A stretch of DNA of 64,000 nt, from NCBI GenBank assembly GCA_944324655.1, contig CALUXF010000007.1, forward strand, positions 880 through 64,879, read 5' to 3'. This document shows positions 10,173-19,547 of this stretch, in pieces (positions within the stretch are counted from its first letter, which is position 1; the number at the start of each line of letters is the position of its first letter). The notes under the pieces were generated by a model. That model was given only the letters and a program-made list of their open reading frames with translations, did not search any database and was not told where the DNA came from. Source of the DNA: Candidatus Avelusimicrobium aviculae. Lineage in GTDB: Bacteria; Elusimicrobiota; Elusimicrobia; Elusimicrobiales; Elusimicrobiaceae. The position numbers and the translations under genes were made by a program.

Positions 10173-10524
10173 GTTTTTCCTTCTCTATAATTTGGAAAAT
10201 AGATTCCACCCGGGAGGCTTGCTCCGGGGTGTTGTCGTATTCAAAGCTAAAAGAAGGAATGCGTTTTAAATGCAGGCGGTGGCGGAGTAAAGCCCCAATT
10301 TCTTTGCGCAGCAAAGATAACGCTTCCTGGGTTTTCTTTTTATCTTCCGGGCTGCCAAATACGGAAAAATACACTTTGGCGGAAGATAAATCTTTAGATA
10401 CATGCACCGAGGTAATCGTCACAAAACCGCCCAATTCCCCGTCGGCGGACATTTTGGTTACATGGGTGTTTATTTCTTCTAAAAAAAGGGTTTCCAAGCG
10501 TTTTATTCTGTCTATCATAAACAT
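10156..10524 (-). CDS. rbfA: Ribosome-binding factor A
   Basis: VTITSVHVSKDLSSAKVYFS, LHLKRIPSFSFEYD. Confidence 0.95.
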   Translation of the reverse strand: MFMIDRIKRLETLFLEEINTHVTKMSADGELGGFVTITSVHVSKDLSSAKVYFSVFGSPEDKKKTQEALSLLRKEIGALLRHRLHLKRIPSFSFEYDNTPEQASRVESIFQIIEKEKHEAEN

Positions 10525-10553
10525 ATTATACCATTTTGAAAGCTGGGTTTTTG

Positions 10554-11911
10554 TTGTAAAAAAAGATGGCTTTTACAAGAAACTAAAGTATATTATTTAT
10601 AGAAGGTTTTGGGGCTGCCCAAAAACTTTCCGCTTGAGGATGCGGCATACATGATTTATAGTAAGTGGTGGTGCTGATCATTGGTATTTTGGCCAGTGTG
10701 GCGTTGCTCCAGTATACCAAAGCGGTGGAAAAATCCCGCTCTACGGAGGCTATTTCTTTGCTGAGCAATTTGGCGAAAGCAGAGGAGATTTACGCCTTAG
10801 CCGCCAATTCATACACCAATGATATGAACGCATTGGATATCCAAATGCCTAATATCACGGGTACGGGGCTGGTAAGCTTTATGCAGACCAACTCTTTTAC
10901 CATTACCATTCGCAACGCGAACGGGGCGGATGTTTTTACTGCTACGGCTACGCGCGGCGGCTCTTCCAATGCGGGTTCCGCTAATTATAACTACACCATT
11001 GTGGCGCGTATGGCGCGTGGGCAGTCTTTGCAGATGTGGTGCCAACCTGGTACGGTTACCACTGTAGCTGCCTCGGCCCCGGCCTTAACCGGTACTTCTG
11101 AGGCTGTCAGAATGTGCAAGAGTATTGCCAATGGTGACGCCAACGGTTATATTATGGGGGGAAGAAAATTAGACGTTGTGGCCTAATGTACTGTTACCGG
11201 TCCAATTCTTAGATTATTGTGCTATAAATAGTGCTATTAAGAAATGTGCATCATTTTTTGTAATAAAAGCTTGTTTTTTATAATAAACTAAAGTATATTA
11301 TTTATAGAAGGTTTTGGGCCTGCCTAAAAACCTTCCGCTTGAGGATGCGGCATGCATGATTTTATAATAGGAGAGTATTTATGAACAAGAAAGGTTTTAC
11401 CTTAATTGAGTTGCTGGTGGTGGTGCTGATCATTGGTATTTTGGCCAGTGTGGCGTTGCCCCAGTATACCAAAGCGGTGGAAAAATCCCGCTCTACGGAG
11501 GCTATTTCTTTGCTGAGCAATTTGGCGAAAGCGCAGGAAATATATGCCTTAGCCACCAATTCATACACCAATGATATGAACGCATTGGATATCCAAATGC
11601 CTAATATCACGGGAACAGGGGTGGTAAGCTCTATGCAGACCAACTCTTTTACCATTACCATTCGCAACGCGAACGGGGCGGATGTTTTTCAGGCTACGGC
11701 TACGCGCGGCGGCTCTTCCAATGCGGGTTCCGCTAATTATAACTACACCATTGTGGCGCGTATGGCGCGTGGGCAGTCTTTGCAGATGTGGTGCCAACCT
11801 GGTACGGTTACCACTGTAGCTGCCTCGGCCCCGGCTTTAACCGGTACTTCTGAATCTGTCAGAATGTGCAAGAGTATTGCCAATGGTAATGCCAACGGCT
11901 CTATTATGGAG
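10554..11911 (+). repeat. Tandem duplication of pilin promoter, leader and gene (about 10554-11157 vs 11258-11911)
   Basis: Both copies share aactaaagtatattatttatagaaggttttggg...ccgcttgaggatgcggcat upstream and near-identical coding sequence. Confidence 0.95.
10665..11186 (+). pseudogene. 5'-truncated (silent) type IV pilin copy
   Basis: About 94% identical in protein to the 11381 pilin over the shared region, but about 46 bp carrying the RBS, ATG and MNKKGFTLIELL are missing; the -10 TATAAT of copy 2 reads TACAAG here; reading frame otherwise open. Confidence 0.8.
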
Positions 11912-11914
11912 TAA
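11381..11914 (+). CDS. Type IV pilin (PilE-like, Elusimicrobium type)
   Basis: Class III signal KKG/FTLIELLVVVLIIGILASVAL with E5, C-terminal Cys pair, AGGAGAG RBS. Confidence 0.95.
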   Translation: MNKKGFTLIELLVVVLIIGILASVALPQYTKAVEKSRSTEAISLLSNLAKAQEIYALATNSYTNDMNALDIQMPNITGTGVVSSMQTNSFTITIRNANGADVFQATATRGGSSNAGSANYNYTIVARMARGQSLQMWCQPGTVTTVAASAPALTGTSESVRMCKSIANGNANGSIME

Positions 11915-11926
11915 GTTTTTACGGAT

Positions 11927-11956
11927 AAAAAACCCCGCCTGATGGCGGGGTTTTTT
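11927..11956 (+). terminator. Terminator after the pilin
   Basis: AAAAAACCCCGCC-TGAT-GGCGGGGTTTTTT. Confidence 0.9.
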
Positions 11957-12044
11957 ATGTCTATGCGGTGAGGCGCAGTGTAGGCAAGAACAAAAACACC
12001 ACCCCAATTTGGGGCGGTGTTTTTTGTTAGTTTAAATGCTTGGT

Positions 12045-12416
12045 TTAGTTTTGCCCGGGGGCTTTTTTGGTGTCTCCCATTTTGGCTAAATGCATATCTA
12101 CATCCAAAGAATACACCAAACAGCCTTTGGGTTGTTCTTTTAGCAGGGGAAGCAGTTCCCTGTCCATAAAACCGTTTATTTTATCGGCTTCGTCTACCAT
12201 TTCCATTACCACCGGGTATTTTTCCACCAGTTCAAAATAACGGGTGTTGCGTAAAACGCTGCTGGGGCCATAGCCCAGCATGGCGCGGCTGGCGGTAACG
12301 CCGGCTAAGCCAAAATCTTTGGCTTTTTTGGCGATGATTTCATACAGCAGTACATGGTTTATACGGTCCGTACTGCTTAAATATACTTTTAAAAGCTTCA
12401 TTTTTTTGCTTTCCAT
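12045..12416 (-). CDS. DUF190 family (PII-like) protein
   Basis: LLKVYLSSTD...LYEII...GLAGVTASRAMLGYG...PVVMEMVD pattern. Confidence 0.8.
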   Translation of the reverse strand: MESKKMKLLKVYLSSTDRINHVLLYEIIAKKAKDFGLAGVTASRAMLGYGPSSVLRNTRYFELVEKYPVVMEMVDEADKINGFMDRELLPLLKEQPKGCLVYSLDVDMHLAKMGDTKKAPGQN

Positions 12417-12548
12417 GTTAAGGCCCCCTGGGGAAGTGTCCCTTTTTGTATTATAACAGAAATTATTTTTGTTGGGGTAAGGAAGGGAAAAATTTCAAAG
12501 AAAACAAAAAACCCCAGCTTTTCCGCCGGGGTTTTGAATGTTTTGTTT

Positions 12549-14882
12549 TTACATTTTTATACGTCTTGTAATATTATCTTTGCGGAAACATTCTATGGTG
12601 TCTCCTTCCAAAACGCCTTTAAAGCCGGCTACCAAAATACCGCATTCGTAGCCTTTTTCCACTTCTTTTACATCGTCTTTAAAGCGTTTTAAGCCTTCAA
12701 TGCGCCCGCGGCCCACTTCTTCGGCCCCGCGTTTAATGCGCACTTCATAACCGCGCACCATTTTGCCGCTGTCCACCAAAGAACCGGAAATCAAGCCGGA
12801 GCTTAATTTCATCACTTTTTTAATGGTGGCGGAGCCGATTAAGGTTTCCACCACGTCTGGTTCCAGCAAGCCTTCCATAGCGGCTTTGATGTCTTCCAGC
12901 AGTTCAAAGATAATGGTGTAGAGGCGTATTTCTATGCCTTCGTGTTCGGCTTCCGCCTGGGCTTTGTTTTCAACGTCCACATGGAAACCGATTACCACCG
13001 CGTTGCTGGCTTTGGCAAGCAGAATGTCAGACTCGTTAATATTTCCGGGGGCGGAAAGGATAATATCCAGTTCCACCTCGTCGGACGGAATACGCAACAG
13101 GGCATCTTTAATGGCTTCAATGGAGCCTTGCACGTCAGCTTTCAGGATGATTTGCAGTTTTTTCACGCTGTTTCCGTCCCCGTCTTTGCGCAAGTTCATT
13201 AAAGAAACCTGTTTGCGGTGGGCTTGAGAATCTTCTTTCTGCGCCAGCTTGCGTTTTTCTGCCGCGTAGCGGGCTTCTTTTTCGCTTTCCATGATGTAGA
13301 GCGTATCGCCCACCTGCGGGGGTTCCCCGTTGATGCCTAAAATTTCCGCCGGCACGCTGGGGCCTATTTTTTGGTAGCGCTGGGAATTTTCGTCAATCAG
13401 CGCGCGTATGCGCCCATAGCTGGTGCCCACGATAAACGGGTCGCCCACTTTCATGGTGCCTTTTTGCACCAATACGGTGGCTACCACGCCGCGTTTATTG
13501 TCGCGCTTGGATTCCAAAATAACGCCTACGCCCAGGCGGTCCGGGTTGGCTTTTAATTCCATAATTTCCGCTTGGAGGGAAATCATTTCCAAGAGTTTAT
13601 CAATATTGATTTTTTTCTTGGCGGAGATTTCTACAAAAATGGTATTGCCCTGCCATTCTTCCGGCACTAAACCGCGGGAAGCCAAGTCTTGCTTTACGCG
13701 GTCCGGGTTGGCGCCGGGGAGATCTATTTTATTAATAGCCACAATAATGGGGGCTCCGGCGGCTTTGGCGTGCTCCATGGCTTCTATGGTCTGGGGCATA
13801 ATGCCGTCCGTGGCGGAAACCACTAATACCACAATATCCGTAGCTTGCGCCCCGCGTGCGCGCATGGCGGTGAAAGCCTCGTGCCCGGGGGTGTCTAAAA
13901 ACGTAAGGGAACCGCGGGGGGTTTTTACCCGGTACGCGCCGATATGTTGGGTAATGGCGCCGGCCTCTCCTTCCGCAACGTGGGAGCTGCGTATCGCGTC
14001 CAACAGGCTGGTTTTGCCGTGGTCCACGTGCCCCATAATGGTAATTACCGGGCTGCGGGGTTTTAAAGAGGCAGGGTCGTCCTGCTGTTCCATGATGTGC
14101 AGGGTTTCCTGGTCCAAATCTTCTTCCGCCATATCGGCTTCAAAGCCGCATTCGCTCAAGATAAGCTCAATCATGTCTTTTTCAAGACGCTGGTTGATGG
14201 TGGCGAACACGCCCAGGCCCATTAATTTTTTGATGAAATCATTAATTTTGAAATTCATCTTTTCGGCCAGTTCTTTCACCGTGGGGGTGCCCACGATGCG
14301 GATTTTTTTGGAATCCTTTACCGGGGCCGCTTCCTGCTGGGGTTTTACATGGCCGTGGCGGTCCAAATGGGCCGGCTGAGCCTGCGGCTGTGCGGGACGC
14401 GGCGCGGGTTGCTGAGCCGGTGCCGGTTTGGGAGCCGGCTGTGGTTGGGCTTGTTGCACAGCGGGGCGCGGTTCCGCGGCCGGTTTGGCGGCTTGGGGCG
14501 CGTTTTGCTGCGGGGCAGGCGGAACGACGGGTTCCGGCTGCGGCGCGGGCTTAGCGGGCTGCGGGGCCGGTTGTTCCACGGGTTGTTTTTCAACCGGTTT
14601 AACTTCTTGCTGTACCGGTTGGGCCGCTTCCGGCGCTTTAGCGGGAAGCGGCTCTTTTTTGTGCGCCGCGCGGGTGGAAGCTTTTTTGGTTGTTTTGGGC
14701 TTCTCCTGCGTTGTTTTTTTAGCCGTGGTTTTGCGCGCGGCCGGTTTTTTGGCGGTTTTCGGTTTATCTTCCGCCGGTTTTTTTGCGGCTGTTTTTTTGG
14801 CGGCCGGTTTTTTTGCTGCCGCTTTTTTAGCCGGGGAGGTTTTTTCGTCTTCCGCCTTAGTTGGCTTCTTCGCTGTGGTCAT
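12549..14882 (-). CDS. infB: Translation initiation factor IF-2 with a Lys/Ala- and Pro/Gln-rich N-terminus
   Basis: [43 protein letters not shown]. Confidence 0.98.
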   Translation of the reverse strand: MTTAKKPTKAEDEKTSPAKKAAAKKPAAKKTAAKKPAEDKPKTAKKPAARKTTAKKTTQEKPKTTKKASTRAAHKKEPLPAKAPEAAQPVQQEVKPVEKQPVEQPAPQPAKPAPQPEPVVPPAPQQNAPQAAKPAAEPRPAVQQAQPQPAPKPAPAQQPAPRPAQPQAQPAHLDRHGHVKPQQEAAPVKDSKKIRIVGTPTVKELAEKMNFKINDFIKKLMGLGVFATINQRLEKDMIELILSECGFEADMAEEDLDQETLHIMEQQDDPASLKPRSPVITIMGHVDHGKTSLLDAIRSSHVAEGEAGAITQHIGAYRVKTPRGSLTFLDTPGHEAFTAMRARGAQATDIVVLVVSATDGIMPQTIEAMEHAKAAGAPIIVAINKIDLPGANPDRVKQDLASRGLVPEEWQGNTIFVEISAKKKINIDKLLEMISLQAEIMELKANPDRLGVGVILESKRDNKRGVVATVLVQKGTMKVGDPFIVGTSYGRIRALIDENSQRYQKIGPSVPAEILGINGEPPQVGDTLYIMESEKEARYAAEKRKLAQKEDSQAHRKQVSLMNLRKDGDGNSVKKLQIILKADVQGSIEAIKDALLRIPSDEVELDIILSAPGNINESDILLAKASNAVVIGFHVDVENKAQAEAEHEGIEIRLYTIIFELLEDIKAAMEGLLEPDVVETLIGSATIKKVMKLSSGLISGSLVDSGKMVRGYEVRIKRGAEEVGRGRIEGLKRFKDDVKEVEKGYECGILVAGFKGVLEGDTIECFRKDNITRRIKM

Positions 14883-16245
14883 CCGTTACCTCCTCTTGGG
14901 GTTCTTGGGCCCCTTGCTGGGCGGCTAAATATTTTTTTGCCCCTTCAATAATTTTAGCGGCGGTCTTTTCACCCACGCCTTGCAACGTGGCCAAGTGTTC
15001 CGGCTCTACGGAAGCGATTTTTTCTACCGTGGTGAAACCCGCTTTTTGCAGCACTTCAGCCATTTTCGGGCCGATGCCTTCCACATCCGCCAGGGCGGAT
15101 TGGATTTGCTCGCTGGCTTCTTTGCCTTCTTGGGCTTTCTGGGATTCGCTCTTGACTTCCAAATTCCAGCCGGTCAATTTGCTGGCCAGTTTAATGTTTT
15201 GCCAGTCTTTGCCGATGGCAATAGCCAGTTGGTCATCGGGCACGATGATGGTGGCTTTTTTGTCGCTCAAGCTGTCAATTTTTACATAGTTGGCTTTAGC
15301 CGGGGAAATGGCGTTCATCAGCACGGTGGAAACATCGGCGGAATAATTGATTAAATCAATGCGTTCGCCGGAAAGTTCGTTCATTACCGCGCGGATGCGT
15401 ATGCCGCGCATGCCCACGCACGTGCCGATAGGGTCAATTTTGTGGTCAATGCTGGAAACCAGCACCTTGGCGCGGAAGCCAGGGTCTCTTTGAATATTTT
15501 TGATTTCCACAATGCCTTCATTAATTTCCGGCACTTCCACTTTAAACAGTTCTTCCATAAACTGCGGGCTGGTGCGGGATAAAATGATGTACGGCCCGCG
15601 CTGGCCTTTATCCATTTTAAAAGCGGCGGATTTATAGCGGGAAAGCACCGGGTCGTCCCCCACGTTGGCCAGGTCCGTCTGGCTGAGCACTTTGGCGATA
15701 ATGGCTTTTACGCGGGAACCGTTTACATAACGTTCTTTTTTAATTTGTTCGCAATACGGCAGTATGGCTTCCACTTTGCCCAGGTCTACAATAATATCCC
15801 GGTCGGAAAAGCGGCGTACGGAACCGGTAATCACTTCGCCTTCGCGGGGTTTGTATTCTTTGTAGAAATTTTCGCGCTCAATGCCGCGTACTTTTTGAAT
15901 TAACACCTGCTTGGCGATTTGCGCCGCAATGCGGGAGAAGTCTTCCACGTCCAGCGTGTTGGTTACGATATCGCCCGCTTTAGGGTGTTTGATATAAGCT
16001 TTGGCTTGTTCCAAATCAATTTCCGTTTCCGGGTTGGTTACGGTTTCCACCACGTTTAAGGTTTGAAAAGCTTTGATGGAGCCGGCTTCGGTATCAATTT
16101 TGGCGCTTATCTGCGCGGTTTTGCCCAAGTTTTTGCGCAGGGCGGAAACCAGGGCGTCCTCAATCGTTTTTAAAATGTCTTCGCGTTTGATGTTTTTTTC
16201 TCTTTCCAGGCCTTCTAATGCCATGACTAAATCTTTTGCTTCCAT
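14857..16245 (-). CDS. nusA: Transcription factor NusA
   Basis: RIAAQIAKQV, S1 and KH domains, RDPGFRAK, C-terminal HhH. Confidence 0.97.
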   Translation of the reverse strand: MEAKDLVMALEGLEREKNIKREDILKTIEDALVSALRKNLGKTAQISAKIDTEAGSIKAFQTLNVVETVTNPETEIDLEQAKAYIKHPKAGDIVTNTLDVEDFSRIAAQIAKQVLIQKVRGIERENFYKEYKPREGEVITGSVRRFSDRDIIVDLGKVEAILPYCEQIKKERYVNGSRVKAIIAKVLSQTDLANVGDDPVLSRYKSAAFKMDKGQRGPYIILSRTSPQFMEELFKVEVPEINEGIVEIKNIQRDPGFRAKVLVSSIDHKIDPIGTCVGMRGIRIRAVMNELSGERIDLINYSADVSTVLMNAISPAKANYVKIDSLSDKKATIIVPDDQLAIAIGKDWQNIKLASKLTGWNLEVKSESQKAQEGKEASEQIQSALADVEGIGPKMAEVLQKAGFTTVEKIASVEPEHLATLQGVGEKTAAKIIEGAKKYLAAQQGAQEPQEEVTDDHSEEAN

Positions 16246-16303
16246 TGTGTTTTGTTCTCCTTAATTATTAAATTAACGCGGCCGTGTAATGCGGCCGCTT
16301 GGG

Positions 16304-16765
16304 TTAAAATTCAAGTACCGGGTCCAGCGTGGCTTTTTTGATGTTGTCATACTCAAAACGATAATTATTGGTGCCGTCCGCCAGCACGAAGCCGTTATCA
16401 TCCGCCAGGGCGATAATGCCCGTAAAAAAGCCCAAGCCGTTTAACGGGGTTTTTAAAATTACTTTTACGCGTTCGTTTACAAAACGCTGGTAATGCTGGG
16501 GTTTTTTTAATACGCGGTGCACGCCGGGGGAAGATACTTCCAGCACGTAGGCGCCGTCTATTAAATTTTCCATTTCCAAAATAGCGTCTATTTTGTCGGT
16601 CAGTTCGCCGCAGTCGTCCAGCGTTACGCCGCCGGCTTTGTCTACAAAGAACTGAAGCACTTTTTTATGGCCCTGGGTTTGAATGACTAAATCCACCAGT
16701 TCCACGTTTAGCTGCTCAAGGGCTTTGCTTACGGTTTCTTCTATGGTTTTAGGGTCTCTCATCAT
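16304..16765 (-). CDS. rimP: Ribosome maturation factor RimP
   Basis: FVDKAGGVTLDDC, YVLEVSSPGVHRVL; start moved to ATG 16765. Confidence 0.93.
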   Translation of the reverse strand: MMRDPKTIEETVSKALEQLNVELVDLVIQTQGHKKVLQFFVDKAGGVTLDDCGELTDKIDAILEMENLIDGAYVLEVSSPGVHRVLKKPQHYQRFVNERVKVILKTPLNGLGFFTGIIALADDNGFVLADGTNNYRFEYDNIKKATLDPVLEF

Positions 16766-16893
16766 AAAACTAATCCTTAGGGGGGTAAAATAAACTTCCC
16801 TATTAAGTAAAGAGCGACTTGTTGCCAAGTCGCTCCTTTCAGAACAATTCTATCTTAACATTATGGGGGGCCTCTGTCAACCCCGGGCGGCTG

Positions 16894-17208
16894 TTAAGAA
16901 AACCACTTAACACCCACCACGCCTATTACAATGAGCGCCAGCCCCGCCACACGGCCCGGGTTTTTGCCCTCGCCAAATACAAGCATATTAATTAATACCG
17001 CCCCCGCTGTACCGGCGCCAATCCACACCGCGTAGGCCGCACTGACGGGTAAAAACTGAAATGCCCAGTACAGCAGTATAAAAGAGGCCGCAAACCCGCC
17101 GCAAAAACCCATTAAACGGGGCAGCGTTTTGCGCTGGCTAAATTTTTTAAGGCCAATTACACCGGCTATTTCTGCCGCGGCCGCCGCAAATACTAAAAGC
17201 CACATCAT
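16894..17208 (-). CDS. SMR (DMT) family exporter subunit
   Basis: Four TM helices, conserved Glu (AAAEIAG), AYAVWIGAG. Confidence 0.9.
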   Translation of the reverse strand: MMWLLVFAAAAAEIAGVIGLKKFSQRKTLPRLMGFCGGFAASFILLYWAFQFLPVSAAYAVWIGAGTAGAVLINMLVFGEGKNPGRVAGLALIVIGVVGVKWFS

Positions 17209-17549
17209 AATGCACCTCCCGGCGTTTGGGGCCTGTCCGACAGTTTTAAAATAATTACGCCCGCTATCAGCACCGCAATAAAAACCAGCTGAAGCGGCTG
17301 GAACGCCTCTTTAAACAGCAGCCAATCCATCAGAGCCGTCCCGGCTGAGCCCACCGCCGCAAACACGGCATATACGGTTCCGGTGGGCAGGCCCTGGCAT
17401 GCTTTGGTAAGGAAATAAAAATCCGTTACAATTACCAATACTACCAGTGCCCAGTGCCAAAACTTGCTTGCGCTGTTAAAACCATAGACCCACAATAACT
17501 CAAACAAACAAGTAAGGGCAACAAATATCCAAGGATTCACTTTCTTCAT
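17205..17549 (-). CDS. SMR (DMT) family exporter subunit (paired)
   Basis: LFELLWVYG, LPTGTVYAVFAAVG; start moved to ATG 17549. Confidence 0.9.
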   Translation of the reverse strand: MKKVNPWIFVALTCLFELLWVYGFNSASKFWHWALVVLVIVTDFYFLTKACQGLPTGTVYAVFAAVGSAGTALMDWLLFKEAFQPLQLVFIAVLIAGVIILKLSDRPQTPGGAL

Positions 17550-17565
17550 AAAACACCTCTGGCAG

Positions 17566-18138
17566 TTAGTCCATAGGCACCCCCAAAGCGCGTTCAATAA
17601 ACAAACAGGTTTCTTTTTTTTGAGTAGCAATCTCTTCTTCGTCTACTTGGTTAAACAGGTAAACTTGTTCGGCTGCTTCTTCTATACAGCCGATTAATAT
17701 GCGGGCTGTCATTTCCGGCCGGGTACCCACGGCCAGCAGGCGGATGTTTTGATTTAAAAAGTTTTTTATCCACTCGTAAATGGGTGCGTATAACGCTTCC
17801 CACCTGGTAATATGCTGGCTTTGGGTTAAACCGGTATATAAGAAGGCCAATATATCCCGGTATTTGCCAACGGCATTAAAAACGGCCTCTACGATTTGGT
17901 TTAGCTGCTGCCGGAGGGGGGCCTGCGGGTTTACGGTGCGTTTTATTTCTTTTTCCATTTTTGCCACCATGTCCTGCGCAATGGCCGGCATAACGGCCAG
18001 TTTGGAAGGAAAATATAAATAAAACGTGCCCTGAGCCACCCCGGCTTCTTTTACAATGTCTGAAACTTTTGTTTTTTCTAAACCTTGCTTTTTAAACACC
18101 GCCATAGCGGCGTGAACCAATTTTGTTTTGGTATCCAT
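17566..18138 (-). CDS. TetR family regulator (B. subtilis YvdT-like)
   Basis: HTH VSDIVKEAGVAQGTFYLYFPSK; C-terminal WEALYAPIYEW...TARILI; start moved to ATG 18138. Confidence 0.92.
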   Translation of the reverse strand: MDTKTKLVHAAMAVFKKQGLEKTKVSDIVKEAGVAQGTFYLYFPSKLAVMPAIAQDMVAKMEKEIKRTVNPQAPLRQQLNQIVEAVFNAVGKYRDILAFLYTGLTQSQHITRWEALYAPIYEWIKNFLNQNIRLLAVGTRPEMTARILIGCIEEAAEQVYLFNQVDEEEIATQKKETCLFIERALGVPMD

Positions 18139-18163
18139 TGAACCTCTTTGCTGTAAAAAAGGT

Positions 18164-18215
18164 GAATATGACTGACTGTCAGTCATATTCTACCTGTAAA
18201 AATGGCCTTTGTCAA
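18164..18215 (-). promoter_or_regulatory. Sigma70 promoter overlapped by a 27-bp perfect palindromic operator
   Basis: Minus strand TTGACA (18215-18210), 17 bp, TAGAAT (18192-18187); GAATATGACTGAC-T-GTCAGTCATATTC at 18164-18190. Confidence 0.9.
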
Positions 18216-18263
18216 GGGGGATGAAAGAACCCTTGTTTACCCCAAAAAAGCTATAATAAAACC

Positions 18264-18800
18264 ATGACATTTTTACCAAGCCGCACACCCGCTGTTTTGC
18301 GCCCCGCCCAAGAAGGGGAAGAAAAAACCGCTTTTAATATAATAGAAGCGCGGGTAACGTGGCTTGAGCAAAAAGGCATTAGCCAATGGCCCCGGGGGCA
18401 TTATTTATCCGTATTTAACCAAGCCTATTTTAAAAAAGCCCAGGAAAAGGGGGAGCTGTGGCTGCTTGAGCAAAACGGACGCACAGCGGCCTGTGCCGTA
18501 CTGCTGGAGAAGGACGAGCGTTGGGGGCAGGACAATACCCCTGCCTGGTACGTGCACAATTTAGCTTCTTGGCCCCATTGCCCGGGGGCCGGGGCCCAGC
18601 TTTTGACACTGGCCGAGCAGGAAGCCGCCCGCCGTGGCAAACGCTACTTGCGGCTAGACTGCCTAACCGGTGCCCGCAAATTAAATGCCTATTACCGCAC
18701 CAAGGGCTACCTTTTTTGCGGGTATTGGAAACAGCCGGAATATAAAGGCAACTTGCGCCAAAAATTATTACAGACGGAGGACACCCGTGAAACCGCTTAA
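18264..18800 (+). CDS. GNAT acetyltransferase
   Basis: YVHNLAS...GAGAQLL, YLRLDC, KLNAYYRTKGY. Confidence 0.88.
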   Translation: MTFLPSRTPAVLRPAQEGEEKTAFNIIEARVTWLEQKGISQWPRGHYLSVFNQAYFKKAQEKGELWLLEQNGRTAACAVLLEKDERWGQDNTPAWYVHNLASWPHCPGAGAQLLTLAEQEAARRGKRYLRLDCLTGARKLNAYYRTKGYLFCGYWKQPEYKGNLRQKLLQTEDTRETA

Positions 18801-19440
18801 CCATTTATTGCTTTCCATCTTTTTACTGTTACCGGCCTTTGTATCCGCCCAACAATATACCACGGTAAACGGCCAAAAAGAGTTTGCCGATTTGGCGGAC
18901 TGGGGCGCCTATCACGGGGGGGAGTTCTCTTTTGGCATGGGGGTTACCTCAAGCCCCAATTCTCCGGACGGTGGGGGCAACTATACCAAAAACGGCGCGG
19001 TGGTTGGCGGCACGTGGCTGGTAACGATGACGCCGCATATCTCCAGCGGGTTTGATTATACCTACGCGGGCTTTCGCACGCCGGCCCCGGTGCAAAATGT
19101 GCGTTATACGCTGGAGGCGCAGGAAGTTTTTGCCGCTTTTAAATTGAAATGGGACATAGCGCCCCGCTTCCGTTTATACTTGCCGGTAGGGTTGGGAGCT
19201 GCCTATTTGAGCCTTACCCAGCGTAAAGACGGCATGGAGTTAAAACGCGGCAAATGGGCTTTTGCGGCATACGGAGGCGCTGGGGCGGAAGTGGATATTA
19301 CGCCTACGGTGTTTGCGGGGGTGGAGTATCGCTACGTACAGCCCTTTATCCAAACCGGTGATTTGGACTCGATGGGCGGTTCCTCCCGTTACTTTCAGTT
19401 CCATCACCTGTTTTTGCGTTTAGGCAAACGTTTTGATTAA
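18787..19440 (+). CDS. Outer-membrane beta-barrel protein (OmpA-TM/Ail-like)
   Basis: GTG start 18787, signal peptide, alternating aromatic beta strands (LYLPVGLGAAY, GVEYRY), ends LFLRLGKRFD. Confidence 0.8.
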   Translation: MKPLNHLLLSIFLLLPAFVSAQQYTTVNGQKEFADLADWGAYHGGEFSFGMGVTSSPNSPDGGGNYTKNGAVVGGTWLVTMTPHISSGFDYTYAGFRTPAPVQNVRYTLEAQEVFAAFKLKWDIAPRFRLYLPVGLGAAYLSLTQRKDGMELKRGKWAFAAYGGAGAEVDITPTVFAGVEYRYVQPFIQTGDLDSMGGSSRYFQFHHLFLRLGKRFD

Positions 19441-19504
19441 GCTTTTGATAAAGACCCTTTTTGGAGTGTAAACAAGCGCTTTTAAGCTGGTTAAAAAGAA
19501 AAAT

Positions 19505-19534
19505 AAAAACCCCCGGTTTAAGCCGGGGGTTTTT
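19505..19534. terminator. Bidirectional terminator between the beta-barrel gene and proS
   Basis: AAAAACCCCCGG-TTTAAG-CCGGGGGTTTTT. Confidence 0.9.
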
Positions 19535-19547
19535 ATGGGTAAGTAAC

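Noticed and set aside
11219-11237. GTGCTAT-N5-GTGCTAT direct repeat upstream of the intact pilin promoter
   Set aside because: A single short repeat in AT-rich DNA; no cognate regulator in view and no sigma54 -24/-12 found.
12417-12500. Fluoride riboswitch upstream of DUF190
   Set aside because: No crcB motif consensus is visible and there is no fluc gene nearby.
13423-14951. Long antisense ORFs over infB (318, 200 and 166 aa), and similar shadows over rpsB, ribF and spoIID
   Set aside because: They are mirror frames of low-complexity or well-conserved genes, with no RBS or family motifs.
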